A DNA stretch of 64,000 nucleotides from Scenedesmus sp. PABB004 (lineage: Eukaryota): contig JABVCE010000007.1 of NCBI GenBank assembly GCA_014905635.1, positions 62,001-126,000 on the forward strand, given 5' to 3'. Positions within the stretch are counted from its first letter, which is position 1, and the number at the start of each line of letters is the position of its first letter. A program made the translations under genes and the position numbers. Below are positions 1 to 13,497 of this stretch, in pieces. The notes beneath the pieces are model-generated. The model did no database searches. It worked only from the letters and a program-made list of their open reading frames with translations, and was not told the DNA's origin.

Positions 1-203
1 CGGGCGCTGCCGCCGAGCGTCGCGGCGCTCACCGGGCTGCGCAGCCTGAGCATGCACTACTGCCTCCGCCTGAGCGCCCTGCCGGACGGCATCTGCGACC
101 TGGCTGGCCTCGAGACGCTCTCGCTCAGCAGCTGCAGGCGCGGCGCCGGCGCGGCAGCAGCGCGGCCCGCCTCCCGCCGGCGGCCGCGCCCTGACGCCGC
201 CCC

Positions 204-255
<52 letters not shown>

Positions 256-883
256 GCGCGCCCGCAGGCGCCTGGAGGCACTGCCGTCGGGCCTGGGGCG
301 GCTTGGCAGCCTCAAGAGCCTCTCCATCAGCGACTGCGGCCTGCGGGCGCTGCCGGACAGCCTCGGGTGCGTGCGCGCCCGCCGCGGGCGGCGCGCGGGC
401 GCCGCGCCGGCCGCGCCGGCGCGCCGCCGCCGACGCCCGCGGCCGCGCCGCAGGTCGCTGCCCGCGCTGCGCGAGCTGACCATCACCAACTGCCGCATGC
501 TCACGAGCCTGCCCGCCTCCCTGGGCGGTCTGGTCGCGCTCGAGTCGCTCAGCCTGTGCCTGTGCCTCGCGCTGGAGGCCCTGCCGCGCAGCATCGGGTG
601 CGCGCCAGAGGGCCGCGCCGCCCGAGTCGCCTGCCGCGCCGGCGGCCTGCCGCGCGCGCGCGCGCTCACGCGCCCGCGCCGCCCGCCGCGCGGCGCGGCC
701 AGGCGGCTGTCACGGCTGCGCGTGCTGGTGCTGCACTACCTCTGCCGCCTGACCGCGCTCCCGGACGAGCTCGGCGCGCTGCGCGGCCTCGTCTCGCTCA
801 GCGTGCTGGGCTGCCCCGACGTCTTCGCGCTGCCCCGCATGGACACGCCCCTGCTCAAGGAGCGCACCGTGCAGCTCCGCTGA
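1..883 (+). CDS. Leucine-rich-repeat protein, 3' part (5' end outside window)
   Basis: Spliced exons (~1-137, 268-367, 454-597, 703-883) give repeated LxxLPxxLGxLxxLxxLxLxxC units (LRALPDSLG, LTSLPASLGGLVALESLSL, LTALPDELGALRGLVSLSV); stop TGA 881-883. Confidence 0.85.
205..253. repeat. (GCC)n intronic microsatellite; a similar run lies at ~63118-63157
   Basis: Pure CCG/GCC run inside the first visible LRR-gene intron. Confidence 0.85.
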
Positions 884-1953
884 CGCAGCGCGCGCGCGCC
901 CCGGCGCAGCCGCCGGGGGCACGGCGCAGCCTTCCGGGCGCCGCCCTCTGTACTGTACACTAGCACTGCTGCTTGGCTTGAGGAGCAAGCCGGCGCCCGC
1001 CGGCGCCCGCCCGTCGCAGAAGGCGCGGGGGCCGGAATGAAGCTCGCGCGCGCCGCGCGCGCGCGTCAGTGACCCTCCCCCTGCTGGGCGGCGAGCGCAG
1101 GTGTGCGTGCCGCGGCGCGCAGCAAGGGGGTGCCCCGTCTGGGCAGTGCTCTGCCGCGCTCCCTCTTTGAAATGGGTGTGCGGCGCTGCCTATGTGTGTC
1201 GTCACGTTTCACCAAGTTTGTCTGTCTGTCTGTCTGTCTGTCGCGCAGCGGCGGCGCGCGCACCGGGCTGGGGGCCCACAGGCCCCTGCCTCTGCGCCCG
1301 CGCGCCGCCGCCGCTGTCGCCGCCGCTGGCGCCCGCTGCAACTGTGGGCGCCGCACGTTCTGGGGGCCTGTGTCAACCCAGTTTTGCTGCTGTTGCGTTG
1401 GAGGCCGGTGTTTGCCGCTGCCCGCTGCGGGCGTGGGTGTGTTGTGGTGGTCGGTGGTTGCCGCGTGTACGATGATGCCCCGTCGTGTTGTGCGTCGCTG
1501 TCGTCGAACGCCCGCCCGCCTGCCGCGGCCAGCCGCCAACGCGCGGCGGCGCGCGCGGGGGGCGCCTGCCCTGACTCGTATGACTGTGCCGGCTGCGCGC
1601 ATCCGAGTGCCCGCGCCTGGCGGGCTGCTGCTCGCGCTACCTGTAATTTGTTGTCGCCGATTACCCGCCGCCAACTGACGGATCGCCACGCCGACCGACC
1701 GACCCAGGCCCAACCACACTCTCGCGCCCGCAACACGCTCTGCCACCCTAGTTATTCCTCGCTCACGCGCCGCTCAAGGCCGATCGGCCGCCGCCGCCGC
1801 GGCTTCTTGAGGCCAGGCGCGCGCGCCCGGCTGGTTCGCAAGCCGGGCGCTGGCGCGTGACCGCAACTGCACAGCTGCACAACAACTCCATCCTGCCCGC
1901 CCTGTACACGGCCGCGCGACCACAAAACCTGGCGCCCCGCTGCTCCCGCTCCC

Positions 1954-4900
1954 TCACTTGACTCCCTCGAGCTCGTCGTCCATCTCGCCGTACAGCCGGC
2001 GCAGCCGCTCGAGCAGCTCCGGCGCGGGCGCCCACAGGCCGCGGCCCGCGGCCTCGAGGCAGCGCGCGAGGACGTTGCGGAAGGCCTGCGGGTTGGCCTG
2101 CCGCAGCGTGTCGGCCATCTCACGGTCCAGCACGTACGTCTCCGCCGCCTGGCGCCCGGCGGCGCAGGGCGGCGACACACGCGGTCAGCGTGGCGCGGCG
2201 CGCGCACTGGCCGCGCGCGGCACGGCGCCCCGCAGCCGCGGACGCGCCGCGGGCGCGCGGCGTCACCTGGTCCCACGCAAACTTGTCGGCGTAGCCCACC
2301 GTGCCGCCCCAGCCGACGAGCGCGGTCATGCGGGTGCTGATCTCGTACGCGCCGCCGCTGCCCTGCGCGGCCATGGCCGCCGCCCAGCGCGGGTTGAGCA
2401 GCTTGCTGCGGTACTCCAGGCGCAGCACGTCCTCCAGCTCCCGCGGCGCCACGTCCTTGCTGCGCGTGCGCACAGAGCGGCCGGGTTGAGGGCACGGGCG
2501 GCGGCGCAGCGGCGCGCCGCCGGCGCGCGGGCGCCCCTCTCCCGGCGCGCGGCGCGCGCGGGCGCACCCAAACGTCTCGACGATGCTGCAGCCCACGGGC
2601 TTGCCCTTGCGCGCGGCCTTGGCGGCCGCCACGAGCGCGCCGGTGTTTGCATAGTACTCCTGGGGTGAGGGGAGGCGCGGGGCCCGGGGCGCGGGGCGGG
2701 GTGAGGGGCGGGAGGGTGGTGGTGGTGGTGCGGCGTCGGCGTCAGCGACAGGCAACGGGCGCCGCGCGGCGGCGACGCGGCGGCGGCGGGCGCGCGCCTG
2801 TATGTCTGTGAGGCCGTACTCCACGCTGTCAATCTCCTGCACCACGCGCTCGCAGCTGCCCAGCAGCGCCTGCAGCACCTCCGGCCGCGCCACGCCGCGC
2901 TCGCCGCCCTTGCCTGCGCCGCGCCGAGCAGGGGGCCGTGGGACGGCGTGGGCCTCGGCCGCGCGCCGCCGCGCTGCCGCCGCGGCGCCGGCCGCGTGTG
3001 GGGCGGTCGTCGCGGCGCGGCGCCGCACCGTAGCTGAACGCGTTGCGCGCGGCCCACGTCTCGCCCAGCTCCTCGCTGCTGCCCCAGCTGCCCGCGCCGA
3101 CGCGCTCGTTGACCATGGACCCGTAGTCGCCGGCGGGGTTGCTGAACAGCCGCGCGTGCGCGCCGCGCCCCGCGCCGGCGGCGGCGAGCGCGCGCGCGTG
3201 CTTGGCGATGTAGTTGGCCTCGTCCGGCTCGTCCGCCGCCGCCGCGGCGGCAAAGAGCGCGTCCAGCAGCTCCACCACGTTCTGGAACGCGTCCCTGCGG
3301 GGGCGGCGGGGGACGGAGGACGGGTCAGCACGCGAAACCCAGCGCGGCGCGGGCGACCGTGGGCGGCGGGGGCCGGCGGCGGGGGCCGGCGCGCCCCGCG
3401 CGCCCCGCCTGCGCGTCGCCGCCCCGCCGCGAGCACCCCCCCCCCCCTTGCACGCATGCGTCGCGCGCCGCGCCTGAAGATGCCGCTCATGTTGCACAGG
3501 CAGTCCACGCGCGGCCGGCCGCCCAGCTCGCTCAGCGGAAGCAGCTCGTACCTGCGCGTCGCCGCGCAGGCGGGCGCGCCCAGCGCTCGGCGCCGCGCCC
3601 CCGCGCGCCGCGCCGCAGCCGCCGCGCCGCGCCGCGCCACGCGCCGCGCCGCGCCGCTGCCGCGCCGCAGCCGCGCGGCGCCGGCGCACCGCGCGATGCG
3701 GCCGGTCCCCTCCTTGACGGGCCGCGCGCCGACCATGTGCAGCACCATGCCCACGCTCTCGCCCTTGGTCTTGATCGCGTCCAGGCCCCACAGGTTAATG
3801 GCCACGGTCTCGGGCCACGCGCCGCCGTTGGCCGCGCGGTGCGCGTCCAGGATGGCCGCCGCCGCCGCCGCGCCGCGCGCCTGCGCGGGGCGCGCGCGGC
3901 GCGGGGTGGAGCCGCGCCCACACGCGCGCGCGCGGCGCGCGGCAGGGGATCGGTGGCGGGGGCGGGGGCAGCCGCGCCGCGCCGCGCGTGCGCGCGCGCG
4001 GCTGTCACCTCTGCCGCAGGGCTGGGCATGCGGTAGGGGTCGAGCGCGTGGATGTTGCGCCCTGACGCCGCGTGTGCGGGGCGAGCAGGGGGCGCGGGCG
4101 TGAGCGGGGGACGAAGGTATGAGCGGGCTGCCCCCTGCAGCCGCGGGGCGAGTGCGTCGCCGCACAGCGCGCCGCCGCCGCACCGGTGGGCAGCACGCCG
4201 GGGCCGTCGCGCAGCAGGTCGCCGCCCGCCTCTGGCGGCACCCAGCCGCCGTCGAGCGCGCCGAGCAGGCCGGTCAGCTCCTCGCTGTTGCGCAGCAGCA
4301 GCCCCCGGATGGTCTCTGCCTCGTCCAGCAGCTCCGTGGGGCTGCGCGCCTCGCCGCCAGCGGCCGCGGGCGCGGGCGGCGCGCCGCCGTCGGCGGGGGG
4401 CTGCGCGCGGCGGGGGGCAGGGCGGGCAGGCGGGCGGGCGGTGAGCGCGGGCGCCGTGCGTCAGCGCGGGCGCGCGCCGCCGCCCGCCGCCGCCCCTTCC
4501 TTCCCCACGGGCGCCCGGCCGCGCGCCCGCCGCGTTGCGTGCCTGGCGCCACGCGGCCTCCAGCGCGGAGCGCGCCGCGTCCATGCCGCGCCCGTCCGCG
4601 AGCGCCGCGAGCGCCGGCTCCGGCAGGGCGTCGCCGTAGTACGCGGCCAGGTAGGCCGCCATGGCTGCCGGGCCGGGCGGCGCGCCGAGGACGTGGAGGC
4701 CCTCGCTGAAGAGGCGGCCCTCGAGCAGCTGCAGGTAGGCGTGCAGCCGGTCAACCCAGGCCAGGAACTCGGCGTCGTCCACGCCCGCCGCCACCTCCTC
4801 GCCACTCAGCGCGCCGCCGCCCTCGCGCAGCGGGCAGTCGGACTGCGGGCGCGCGCGGGCGGGCGGACGAGCGCGCGGGCGGCGGCGCGGTCGGCGGGAC

Positions 4901-7900
4901 GCGGTCGGCTGCGCGCGGCCGTGCGCCCCCGGCGCCGCGCGGCGCCGGCGCACCTGCAGCCCCGCCGAGTCGACCGCGCCCAGGATGGCCTCCCGCAGGC
5001 TGCCCACGGCGCCGCGGTCGGCGCGCACGTCGCTGATCAGGTCGCGCAGCGCCGACAGCTGCTTGTACAGCCCTGCGCGGCGCCCGCGCGGCATAGGGGG
5101 CGGCGGGCGGCGGGCGGCGTCACACAGAGGGCGGCGCGCGCGGGGCGCGTGGGGGCCGTCGCCGTGTGTCGCGCCCGCCCGCGCGCCGCACCCGCGCGGC
5201 CGTATGGCGGCACGTTGTGGCTGACGATGGTCCCGTAGCTGCGGGAAGGGGCAGGATGGTCACGCGCGGCGGCGGCCGCGCGGCGCGGCGGTCGCCCTGC
5301 GCGCGCGCGCCGCGCCGCGCCGCGCTGCGCCGCGCCGCGCCGCGCCGCCGCACCCGCGGCGCTTTGCGACGATCGACTCGCTCGGGTTGTTGGCGGCGTA
5401 GAGGTACACGTTTGGCAGCGGGCCCAGCAGCACGTCGCTCCACGACTGGCGCACCGCACACGGCGCGGCGCGCGCGCGTCAGGGCGCGGCAGGCGCGGCG
5501 GCGGCGGGGCGGGCGCGCGGCGTGCCGCCCCAGCGCGCACCAGGCCGGTGTTGCCGAGCGGGCTGCCCGGGAGCCACTCCACGGTGCCGTGCATGCCAAA
5601 ATGCACCACCGCGTCGGCGCCGTACCCCTGCGACCACGCGGCGCGACGCGCGGGCGCACGCCGTGAGCGCGCGCGTCTGGGCCGCCGCCGCGGCGGCAGT
5701 GGCGGAGGCGGCCACATCCCCCACCGAGCGCCGCGCGGTGTGAGGACGCACCTCCTGCAGCCACTTGTACGCGGCCGCGTACTGTGGGTGCGGCGTGAGG
5801 TCGCGCTCAAACAGCAGGCGCATGGGGTCGCCCTCGAGGCCCAGCAGCGGCTGCACGCCGATCCAGAGCTTCCCCAGCGCCAGCCCCGGCACGAGCAGGG
5901 CGCCCGCGCTGGTGGAGGCGATGCCGCGGTAGCTGGCCAGGCGGCCCCACGCCGCCTCCATGCGGCGCACCAGCACGTCCTCGTCCGGCAGGAAGGGCAT
6001 GGGGCCCCACTCGGTCGGGCCCCAGCCGCGCGGGAAGGTCAGCGCCGCCGCGAGCTCGGCCGGCGACACCTCGGCCGCCGCGGGCGACACGCCCCACGCC
6101 TCCGCGGCGCCCGCGCCCGCGCGCAGCACGCCCGCCGCGCCCGCCGCGACCGTGCGCGGCTCCTCCTGCGCCCTGAGCGCGTCCAGCAGCGCCTCGCCCA
6201 GGCCCGCCAGCGCGCCGGGGCCGCGCGGCAGCGCGCCGAGGTCGTAGCCGGCCTCCTGCGGACCGGCGGACGCGGCGGCGCGGTGAGGCGGACAGCGGCG
6301 CGCGCGCGGCGGGGCCCGGCTCGCGCAGCGCGCGCGCCAGGGCGCGCGCGCGCGCCTGCAGCGCGCCCAGCAGCGCCTCGAGCGAGCGCGGCACGTTGAG
6401 CAGCGCCGCCGTGCCGGTCGCGCCGACGCCCGGGGGGAAGCCGTAGAGCATGAGCGCGACCTTGCGCTCCCCCGGGGGCTTGCGCCGCAGCGACACCCAC
6501 CTGCGCGCGCGGGGCACGCGCGGCGTGGCAGGGCTCGGCGCCGCGCCGCTGCCGCCGCGCCCCGCGCCCTGTGCCCCCAGGCCCTGCGCCCCCAGGCCGG
6601 GTGCCCCGCGCCGCGCCGTGCGCGCGCACTTGTGGACGCGCTGCGCGAGGCGTGTGACGCGCTCAGGGACGAGGAAGATGTCGTCCCCCACCAGCCCGCC
6701 GAGCGGCACGGTGTCGATCGCGCCGTCGAGCTCGGGCAGGGAGTAGAGCACCACCGACTGCAGGCCCTGTACTCCCTGCTCGCTCCAGCTGGCGAGGTCC
6801 TGGATGAGCAGCGGCGCGGCGACAAAGTAGGGCACGTCCAGCTGCCCCAGGATGGCCTTGGCCACCTCGGCCTGCCGCCCGCCCTCCATCGTGCCTGCGC
6901 GCCGCGGCGGCGAGGCCGGTCGGCGGCCGGGACGGCGCCGGGCGGCGAGCGCCGGGCGGCCAGCGCGCGGCGGCAAGCGCCGGGCGGCGAGCGCCGGGCG
7001 GCGAGCACGCGGCAGCGAGCGCCCAGCGCGCGGCGGGTGCGGCGGGGGGTGGTGGTGGTGCGCGCACCCGCGGGGCCGCCGACGAGGGGGAAGCCGATGG
7101 TGGAGACGACCGCGTCGACACGCACCGCGTCGCGGCGCAGGGTGCCGCGCGGCGCGCCGCCCGCCGCAATCGCCGCCTGCTCCGCCGCGCTCGTGAGCTG
7201 GTCGCGCACCACGGTGTGCGCCTCGACGCCGTTGATGAACACCGGCACCGGCAGCAGGCCCTCCGCCTCGAGCTGGCTGCGCGGGACGGCGCGCGTGGCG
7301 CGTCAGACCGGGCGGCGTCAGACCGCCGCCAGCTTTCGAGCCTGTCAGCGCGCGTCGCGGCCCCGCCCCACCGGCCGCGCGGTCCACCCCCCCCCCCCTT
7401 CCGCCCCCCTCCTGCGCGCGCCTGATGAGCTGCGCCACGTAGGGCTGCTCCGTGATGACGTGCTTGCGGTACAGCAGCACCCCCACCACGGGCGCGGCGG
7501 TGCCCCGCAGCGGGCCCTCGCGCGCGTACCTGCGAGCCGGCGGCGCAGCGCCGCCGCGGCACGCGCGTCGGCCCACGTGCAGCCCGCGCGCCGCGCCGCG
7601 CGGCGCCGGCGTGGCGCGCTTGGGGGCGGGTGCGCGGCGGGTGCGCGGCGCTCACCAGGCCATGTACTCTGCCGGCCCGCCCAGAACGTGCCCGGGCGGC
7701 TGGGGTGCAGGCAGCCCGTCTGCGGCGTCTCCACCGGCGGCGGCGGCGGCGGCAGGCCCGCGGGGCAGAGGTGCTGCTCCGCGAGGTAGCTGAACATGGA
7801 CACCACGTTGGACAGGCCGCCCTGCGCGCACCCGCGCACCGCCGCAGCGGCAACGGGCGGTGAGGCCGGCGCGGCGGCGGCGGGGCGGCGGCGCGGGGGC

Positions 7901-9627
7901 GGCGCGGCGGGGCGGCGCGGGCGCCTGCGGCCAGCGCCCTGCGCCCCGGGCGGCGCCCGCGCGGCGCGCCTGGTTCCAGTAGGAGTAGATGGTCAGCCAG
8001 CTGCGCAGGTCGCGCGCCTGCGCGGCGGCGGCGCGGTGCGCAGCGGGCGGCGGCGCGTGAGCGCGCGCGCGGGCCCCGCCGCGCCCCGCCGCGCCCCGCC
8101 GCGCCGCACGCCTTGCGCCCTGGCACGAAGCGCAGGAGCGAGGGGCCGAGCTTGAGGAATGAGAGGTAGCCGGTCAGGCGGTCCTCCTCGCGCCCGCTGC
8201 CAAACAGGCCCAGCACCTTTTTCACCGCGGGCGGCGGGCCCTTGGACTTGCCTGCCCCGCGCACGCACGGGCCGGCGGCGCGGCGGCGTGAGCGCGCGGG
8301 CCGGCGCCGCGCGCGCCGCGCGCCGGCGTGGAAGCAGCGCGCTGCGCGCCGCGCGCGCCGCACCCGAGGGGTCGAGCGCGAATGAGCCGAGGCGCGTCAT
8401 GCCCATCAGCTCCAGCGCGCTCTCAAACACGAGCACCACCGGCACGCCCGCGACCGCGCCGCGCAGCCACTCCACGGTGTCGTAGTCAAACAGGAGGCTG
8501 CCGAAGAACGCGTCCGCGCCCGCCAGCGCGGCGGCGACCTCGGCGCGGCGCGCCGCGACGTCGCGGTCGCTGAACACGCGCAGGCTCACGTGCGGCGCCG
8601 ACGCCGCGAGCGCCGCCGCGGCGGTGTTGTAGAGGGAGACGTTGAACGACTCAAAGCCGCACACCAGCACGATGCGCACGGGGCGCACGCCCGGCGGCAG
8701 GCGCCGCGGCGGCGCGCCGGCCGCCGCGGCGCCGGCCGCGGCGGCGCCGGGCGCGGCTGGCACGCCGAGGCCCTCGCGCTTGGCCGCCTCGCGCGCCGCG
8801 ACGTCCAGCAGGCCGCGTGCGTCCGCGAGCTGCCCCGCGAGCCGCTGGCGCCGCAGCTTGAGCGTCTGCAGGCCCGACTGGAAACCCGGGTCGGCCGCGG
8901 CCGCGGCGTCGAGCAGCGCCACGAGCAGGCGCGGGTTGTCGCGGCCGAGCGCGGCAAAGGCCGCCTCGTCCAGGTCGGGGAAGGTATGGACCTCCGGCTC
9001 GCCGCCGTCGCCGCGCGCGCCGCCGGCCAGCGGCGCAGGCTCCGCGGGCAGCGTCACGGCCACGCCCGCAAACGTGGCACGCACGCGCTCGTCGATCTCG
9101 CGCTGCAGCTCCGCCATCTGCGCGAGCGCCGCGCCGCCGGGCGGTGTCGGCGGCGGCGCCGGCCGGTGTGGCGGCGGCGCCGCCCCCGCGCGGGCGGTGT
9201 GGCCACGGCGCGCCGCGCTGCCGTTGTTGAGGCTGCGCCGCGCCGGCGCCGCCGCGCAGGCGCCGGGCCGATCGGCGCGCCCTGGCCGCGCCCATGCGAG
9301 TGCGCGCGCTACGCCGGGCGCCCCGCGGCGCACCTGGGCCTCCAGCGCCGCCACCTCCGCCGCTGCTGCGCCGCCGCGCCGGGCCTGCTCCGCCTCCTCC
9401 GCCGCCTCCGCCGCCTCCTCCGCGTCGGCCTGGGCCCCCAGATCGCGCTTCACGCTCTCAATGAACTCCTCCGCGCTGCTGCGCGCGCCGGGGGCCTCTC
9501 CCAACACTCGCGCGGCCACGCGGCGCGCGGGCAGCCGCCGGGGCGCGCCGCCTGCGCGCCGAGCGCATGGCACCGCGACCGGGCGCGCCCCCGGCGGCCC
9601 TGGCCGGCGCGCCGCGGCGCGCAGCAT
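1954..9627 (-). CDS. CHLH2: Magnesium chelatase H subunit, CHLH2/BchH-like type, 24 inferred exons, probable plastid transit peptide
   Basis: Motifs IVLVCGFESFNVSLY, STIGFPLVGGPAG, GDPMRLLFERDLTPHPQY, VHFGMHGTVEWLPG, LYAANNPSES, LPTGRNIHALDPY, RLFSNPAGDYGSMVN, EYRSKLLNPRW, ending DELEGVK; ATG 9627, stop 1954-1956. Confidence 0.9.
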
Positions 9628-9972
9628 TGCCGCGTGGCAGCAGTGCGCCTGCTGCTGGTCTCTCGCCTGCTGCTGGGCGCCCTGCGTGCGTGGGGCGGTG
9701 TGGTTCTGCTCCGGGCGGGCGGGCGGCGACGTGTGAGCCCTGGGCGCGCCGGGAGTCGCCGGTCAGCGCGCGGTTCTGCCTTTGTCGCGGCGGCGCGCGG
9801 GCCAGCGCGCTCGCACCGGTCCCCGGCCCCGCCCGCACCCCGACAATCACCGCCGCCACCCACCGCCGCCGTGCCACCAGGCGCCGCCGCCGGTGCCGAC
9901 CGCGCGCAGCCTCCGCGCGCCGCCGCTGCTCCGCGCGCCGCCCGCGCGCCCGGGGGCGGGCCGGCGGGCGCC

Positions 9973-12130
9973 ATGAGCTTCCGGGAAGTGCGACGTGAGC
10001 GCGCGGCGCCGCCGGCGGCTGAAGACGGGCCCGCGCCGCGCCGACGCCGACGCTGCGCCTGGGGCGCGCGCAGTGTTTGCGGAGACGATGCGCGCGCTGG
10101 GCTACCCGCGGCTCATCTCGCTGGAGAACTTTCGCTCCCCCAACTTTGAGCTCGTGGCCGACTGCCTGCACTGGCTCATCCAGCGGTGCGCCGCGGCGCG
10201 TGCGGGGTCCGGCGCGCGCGCGCCGCGGTCGCAGTGTCGCAGCCGCGCGGCCGCCGCCACCCACGCCCGCGCGTGGGCCGCCGCCGCCGCCGCCCCCACC
10301 GCCGCGCCGGGCCAGCTTCTACCCCGAGTGCGCCATCGCGGACGACATCGGCACCGAGGCGCAGCGCGTCGCGTTCCTGCAGGCCGTCGCGGGCGTGACG
10401 GCGGCCAAGGCGCGCATGCGGCTCAACCTGCGCCGCCTGTACGCCGCCGACGGCGCGGCGGTGCGGGAGCTGCTCAAGCTCGCGAGCCTGCTGCACCGCG
10501 CGACGCGCAGCGCCGAGACGGGCGAGGAGGTGCGGGCGCGGCGGAGCGCGGGGCGGGGCGCGCGGGTGCGGCGCCGGCCGCGGCGCCCCGCCCGAGCGCC
10601 CCGCCCGCCCGCTTGCCCGCAGGAGTCGCAGGAGGCGGCCGACCCGGCGACCGCGCTGCGGCTCTTTGACGCCGCGGGCGCGGCGGCGGCGGCGTCCGAG
10701 GTCGCGCGCTGCGGCGTCGCGCTGCACGACGGCCTGCTCGCGGAGGCCGGCGCGCTGCGCGAGGCGCGCGCGCGCGCGATCGCGGCGGCGCACGACACCA
10801 GCGCGGTGGGTGCGGGGGGCGACGCACGCGCGCGGGGCGGGGGCGCCCGCAGCTCGGCGGCCGCCGCAGCTCGGCGCGGGGCTGAGCGGCCGCGCGCGCA
10901 CGCGGGCGTGCCAGGTCGAGGCGGGCATCCAGGAGACCATCGCCGGCCTCGCCGACGCGCTCGCGGGCCTGCGGGCCAAGGCGGCCGAGGCGGGCGCGAG
11001 CGAGGCGGCGCTCGCGGCACGGGTGGACAAGCGGCGCGGCGAGCTGGAGCGGGCCGAGAAGCGGCTGGCCACGCTCGCGGGCGTGCGGCCGGCCTACATG
11101 GACGAGCACGACGCGCTCACTGCGCAGCTGCAGGCACGCATGGGCTCGCGGGGGCGCTGCCACCGCCGCAGCTGCTGCAGCCGCCACGCCGGCCCTCTCT
11201 TGGTTGCCGCGCGCACCCGCCGCCGCGCCCTGCCGCCGCCCACGCCCGCCCCGTCCCGCCGCCCGCCCCGCCCCGCCCCCGCCTGGCAGGTGCTGTGGCT
11301 GCACTACCTTGAGCGCCACCGCAACCTGCAGTACCTCGAGGCGCAGCTCGACGGCTACCACAGGGCGGAGCAGGCCGACGCCGACGCGGCGGAGCGGCGC
11401 CGACGCAAGATGCAGCGCCGCCTCGCGTGCGCGGGCACGGGGCGCGGGCGCGCGGGCGGCGGCGGGGGCGGGCTGCCGGCCCGCGCCACGCGCGGCGGCG
11501 CCCCGGCTGCCAGGCGGCGGCCGACGCGCCGCGCGCCGCGCGCGCGCCCGCCGCAGCGAGGAGGAGCTGCGCATCCTGCGCGGCGAGGCGGCGGTGGACG
11601 AGGCGCGCCTCGGCGGCGCCAGCAGCGACGACAACGGCGGCACCGACAGCGCGGACGACAGCGTGGCCACACGCAGCGACACGGGCGGCCGCCGTGGCGG
11701 CGGCGCGCCCGGGCGCCGGCCGCCGGCGGCCGGGCAGGCGGGCGCCAAGCGGCAGAGCTTGGTGCAGCCCGCAAAGCGGCCAGACGCGGGGCAGGTGGGC
11801 GGGCCGGCGTGCTCGAGCCGCCGCCAGCCAGCTGGCGCGCGCTCGCGGCTGGCCGCGCGCGCTCACGGCCGCCGCGCCGGTCGACGCGCGCCGCAGGTGG
11901 TGGGCTCGCTGGCGCCGCCGGGCGGCTGGGAGGAGGAGGACGACGACAGCATCGACGACGACACCGCCAGCGACGGCGGCGACGTCTCGCGCCTCGGCTC
12001 GGACCGCTCCGACGGCGGCGACGCGGGCGGGCGGGGCGGCGGCTTCGGCGGGCTCGCGGGCGGCGCGGGCCAGCTCACCGACAGCGGCGGCGGCGGCGGC
12101 CCGCCCGAGAGCGAGGACTCGGGGTTTTGA
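9973..12130 (+). CDS. CLUAP1: Clusterin-associated protein 1 / IFT38 (intraflagellar transport B)
   Basis: [73 protein letters not shown]; acidic tail ending ESEDSGF; about 7 introns. Confidence 0.92.
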
Positions 12131-12501
12131 GGCGCACGCCGCCGCCGCCGCCGCTCACGGCACAAAGGTTAACAGCTCCGCCCCGCACTCTCCCGTTCGC
12201 ACACACGGCAGCGACGCACCCCGCGCGCCCAAGCCCCCGGCCCCCCCCTCGCGCCGCCCGCCGCCGGCCCCCGCAGCGACGCCGCTGCTGACCGGGCGCG
12301 CGAGCCCCGGGCTCGCCCCTCTGCCCAGGTTGCCAAGCCGCCGCCGCACGCGTGCCGGCCGGCGCAGCCGCTGCTGCCCCGCCGCCACGCGCCCCTGCTG
12401 CAGGCCGCCGGCGCGCGCCGCGCAGTGTTCCGCTGCCGCGCGCAGCGGCCGCCTGCACCGGCACCGCCGCGACCACCGCCGCCGCAGGCGCCCCGCGGCC
12501 G

Positions 12502-13497
12502 TCACTGCAGGGAGGGCTGGACCTGCCAGATGAGCAGGCGCTTGCTGGCGGGGTTGAAGGCGTCGTAGACCTTGCGGTTGGCCAGGATCATCTTGCTCAC
12601 GTGCGCAGACACGTCCTTGGGCTGCGCGCGGCGCGGCGCGGCGGTTGAGCCGAGCGGCGCGCGCCTGCCGCCGCCGCGGGCCCCGGCGCGGGCCCCGCGC
12701 GCGCGCGCGCGCGCCTGGGTGTGGTTGATGTGCTCGAGCATGAGGTTGCGGGAGACGGCGGAGTAGCGCAGGTCGCGGTCGTACGCGTGGTTGAGGCGCC
12801 ACACGTTCTCGTGGTACTTTTTGAACGCCGCGTTCCAGCTGTACGCCATCTTCTCCTGCCGGTACAGCGCGGGCAGGATCCAGGACTCGTAGTAGTACAT
12901 GAAGTACGCTGCAGCGCCGGGCGGCGGCAGGCAACAAGGGGAGGGGGGGCAGAGGAGGGGGCAGTCGCGGGGTGAGGCCGCGGGCGAGCGGGGGCGCGGC
13001 GGCGCCGCGGTGCTGCGCTGGCGGCGCCGCGGCGCTGCGCGCGGCCGGGCGCGGCGCGCACCCATCATGAGCCCGCCCATCGCGCACTCCTGCGGGGCGG
13101 CGGCGGCGGCGCGCGCGGGCGGCGCGTGCGGGCGGCGATCGGCGGCGGCCGGGCGCGCGCCGGCCGCGCCGACAAGGCGCCCCGACCGCGGCCGCTGCCG
13201 GCGGCTCGATGCGCTGACCGCTGCCCGCACGCCGCGCCGGCGCGGCGTGCCGCCGCCGTGCTGCTGCCGCTGCTCCGCCGCGACGGCCCGCCTGCGGCTG
13301 CTGCCGGGCCCGCTGCTTCCAGATCAGGAGGTTCGGGCCGGCAACCCGTCGCTCAACAGCCCCCGGCGCGCCCAGGCGCAGCCGCGCGCCGGCGACGGCC
13401 CGCGACCGCCCTCCCCCGCCCGCGCCGCGCGGCAGGCTGCCCTGGACGCGTGCTTCCCGGACCGCACCTGCGCCAACGCATTGGAAACGAGCTGCAT
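12502..13497 (-). CDS. ASA5: Mitochondrial ATP synthase-associated subunit ASA5
   Basis: Four exons give MQLVSNALAQ|ECAMGGLMMG|AYFMYYYESWILPALYRQEK...HINHTQ|PKDVSAHVSKMILANRKVYDAFNPASKRLLIWQVQPSLQ, matching the chlorophycean ASA5 C-terminus as I recall it (KVYDA..SKR.LIWQV.P). Confidence 0.85.
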
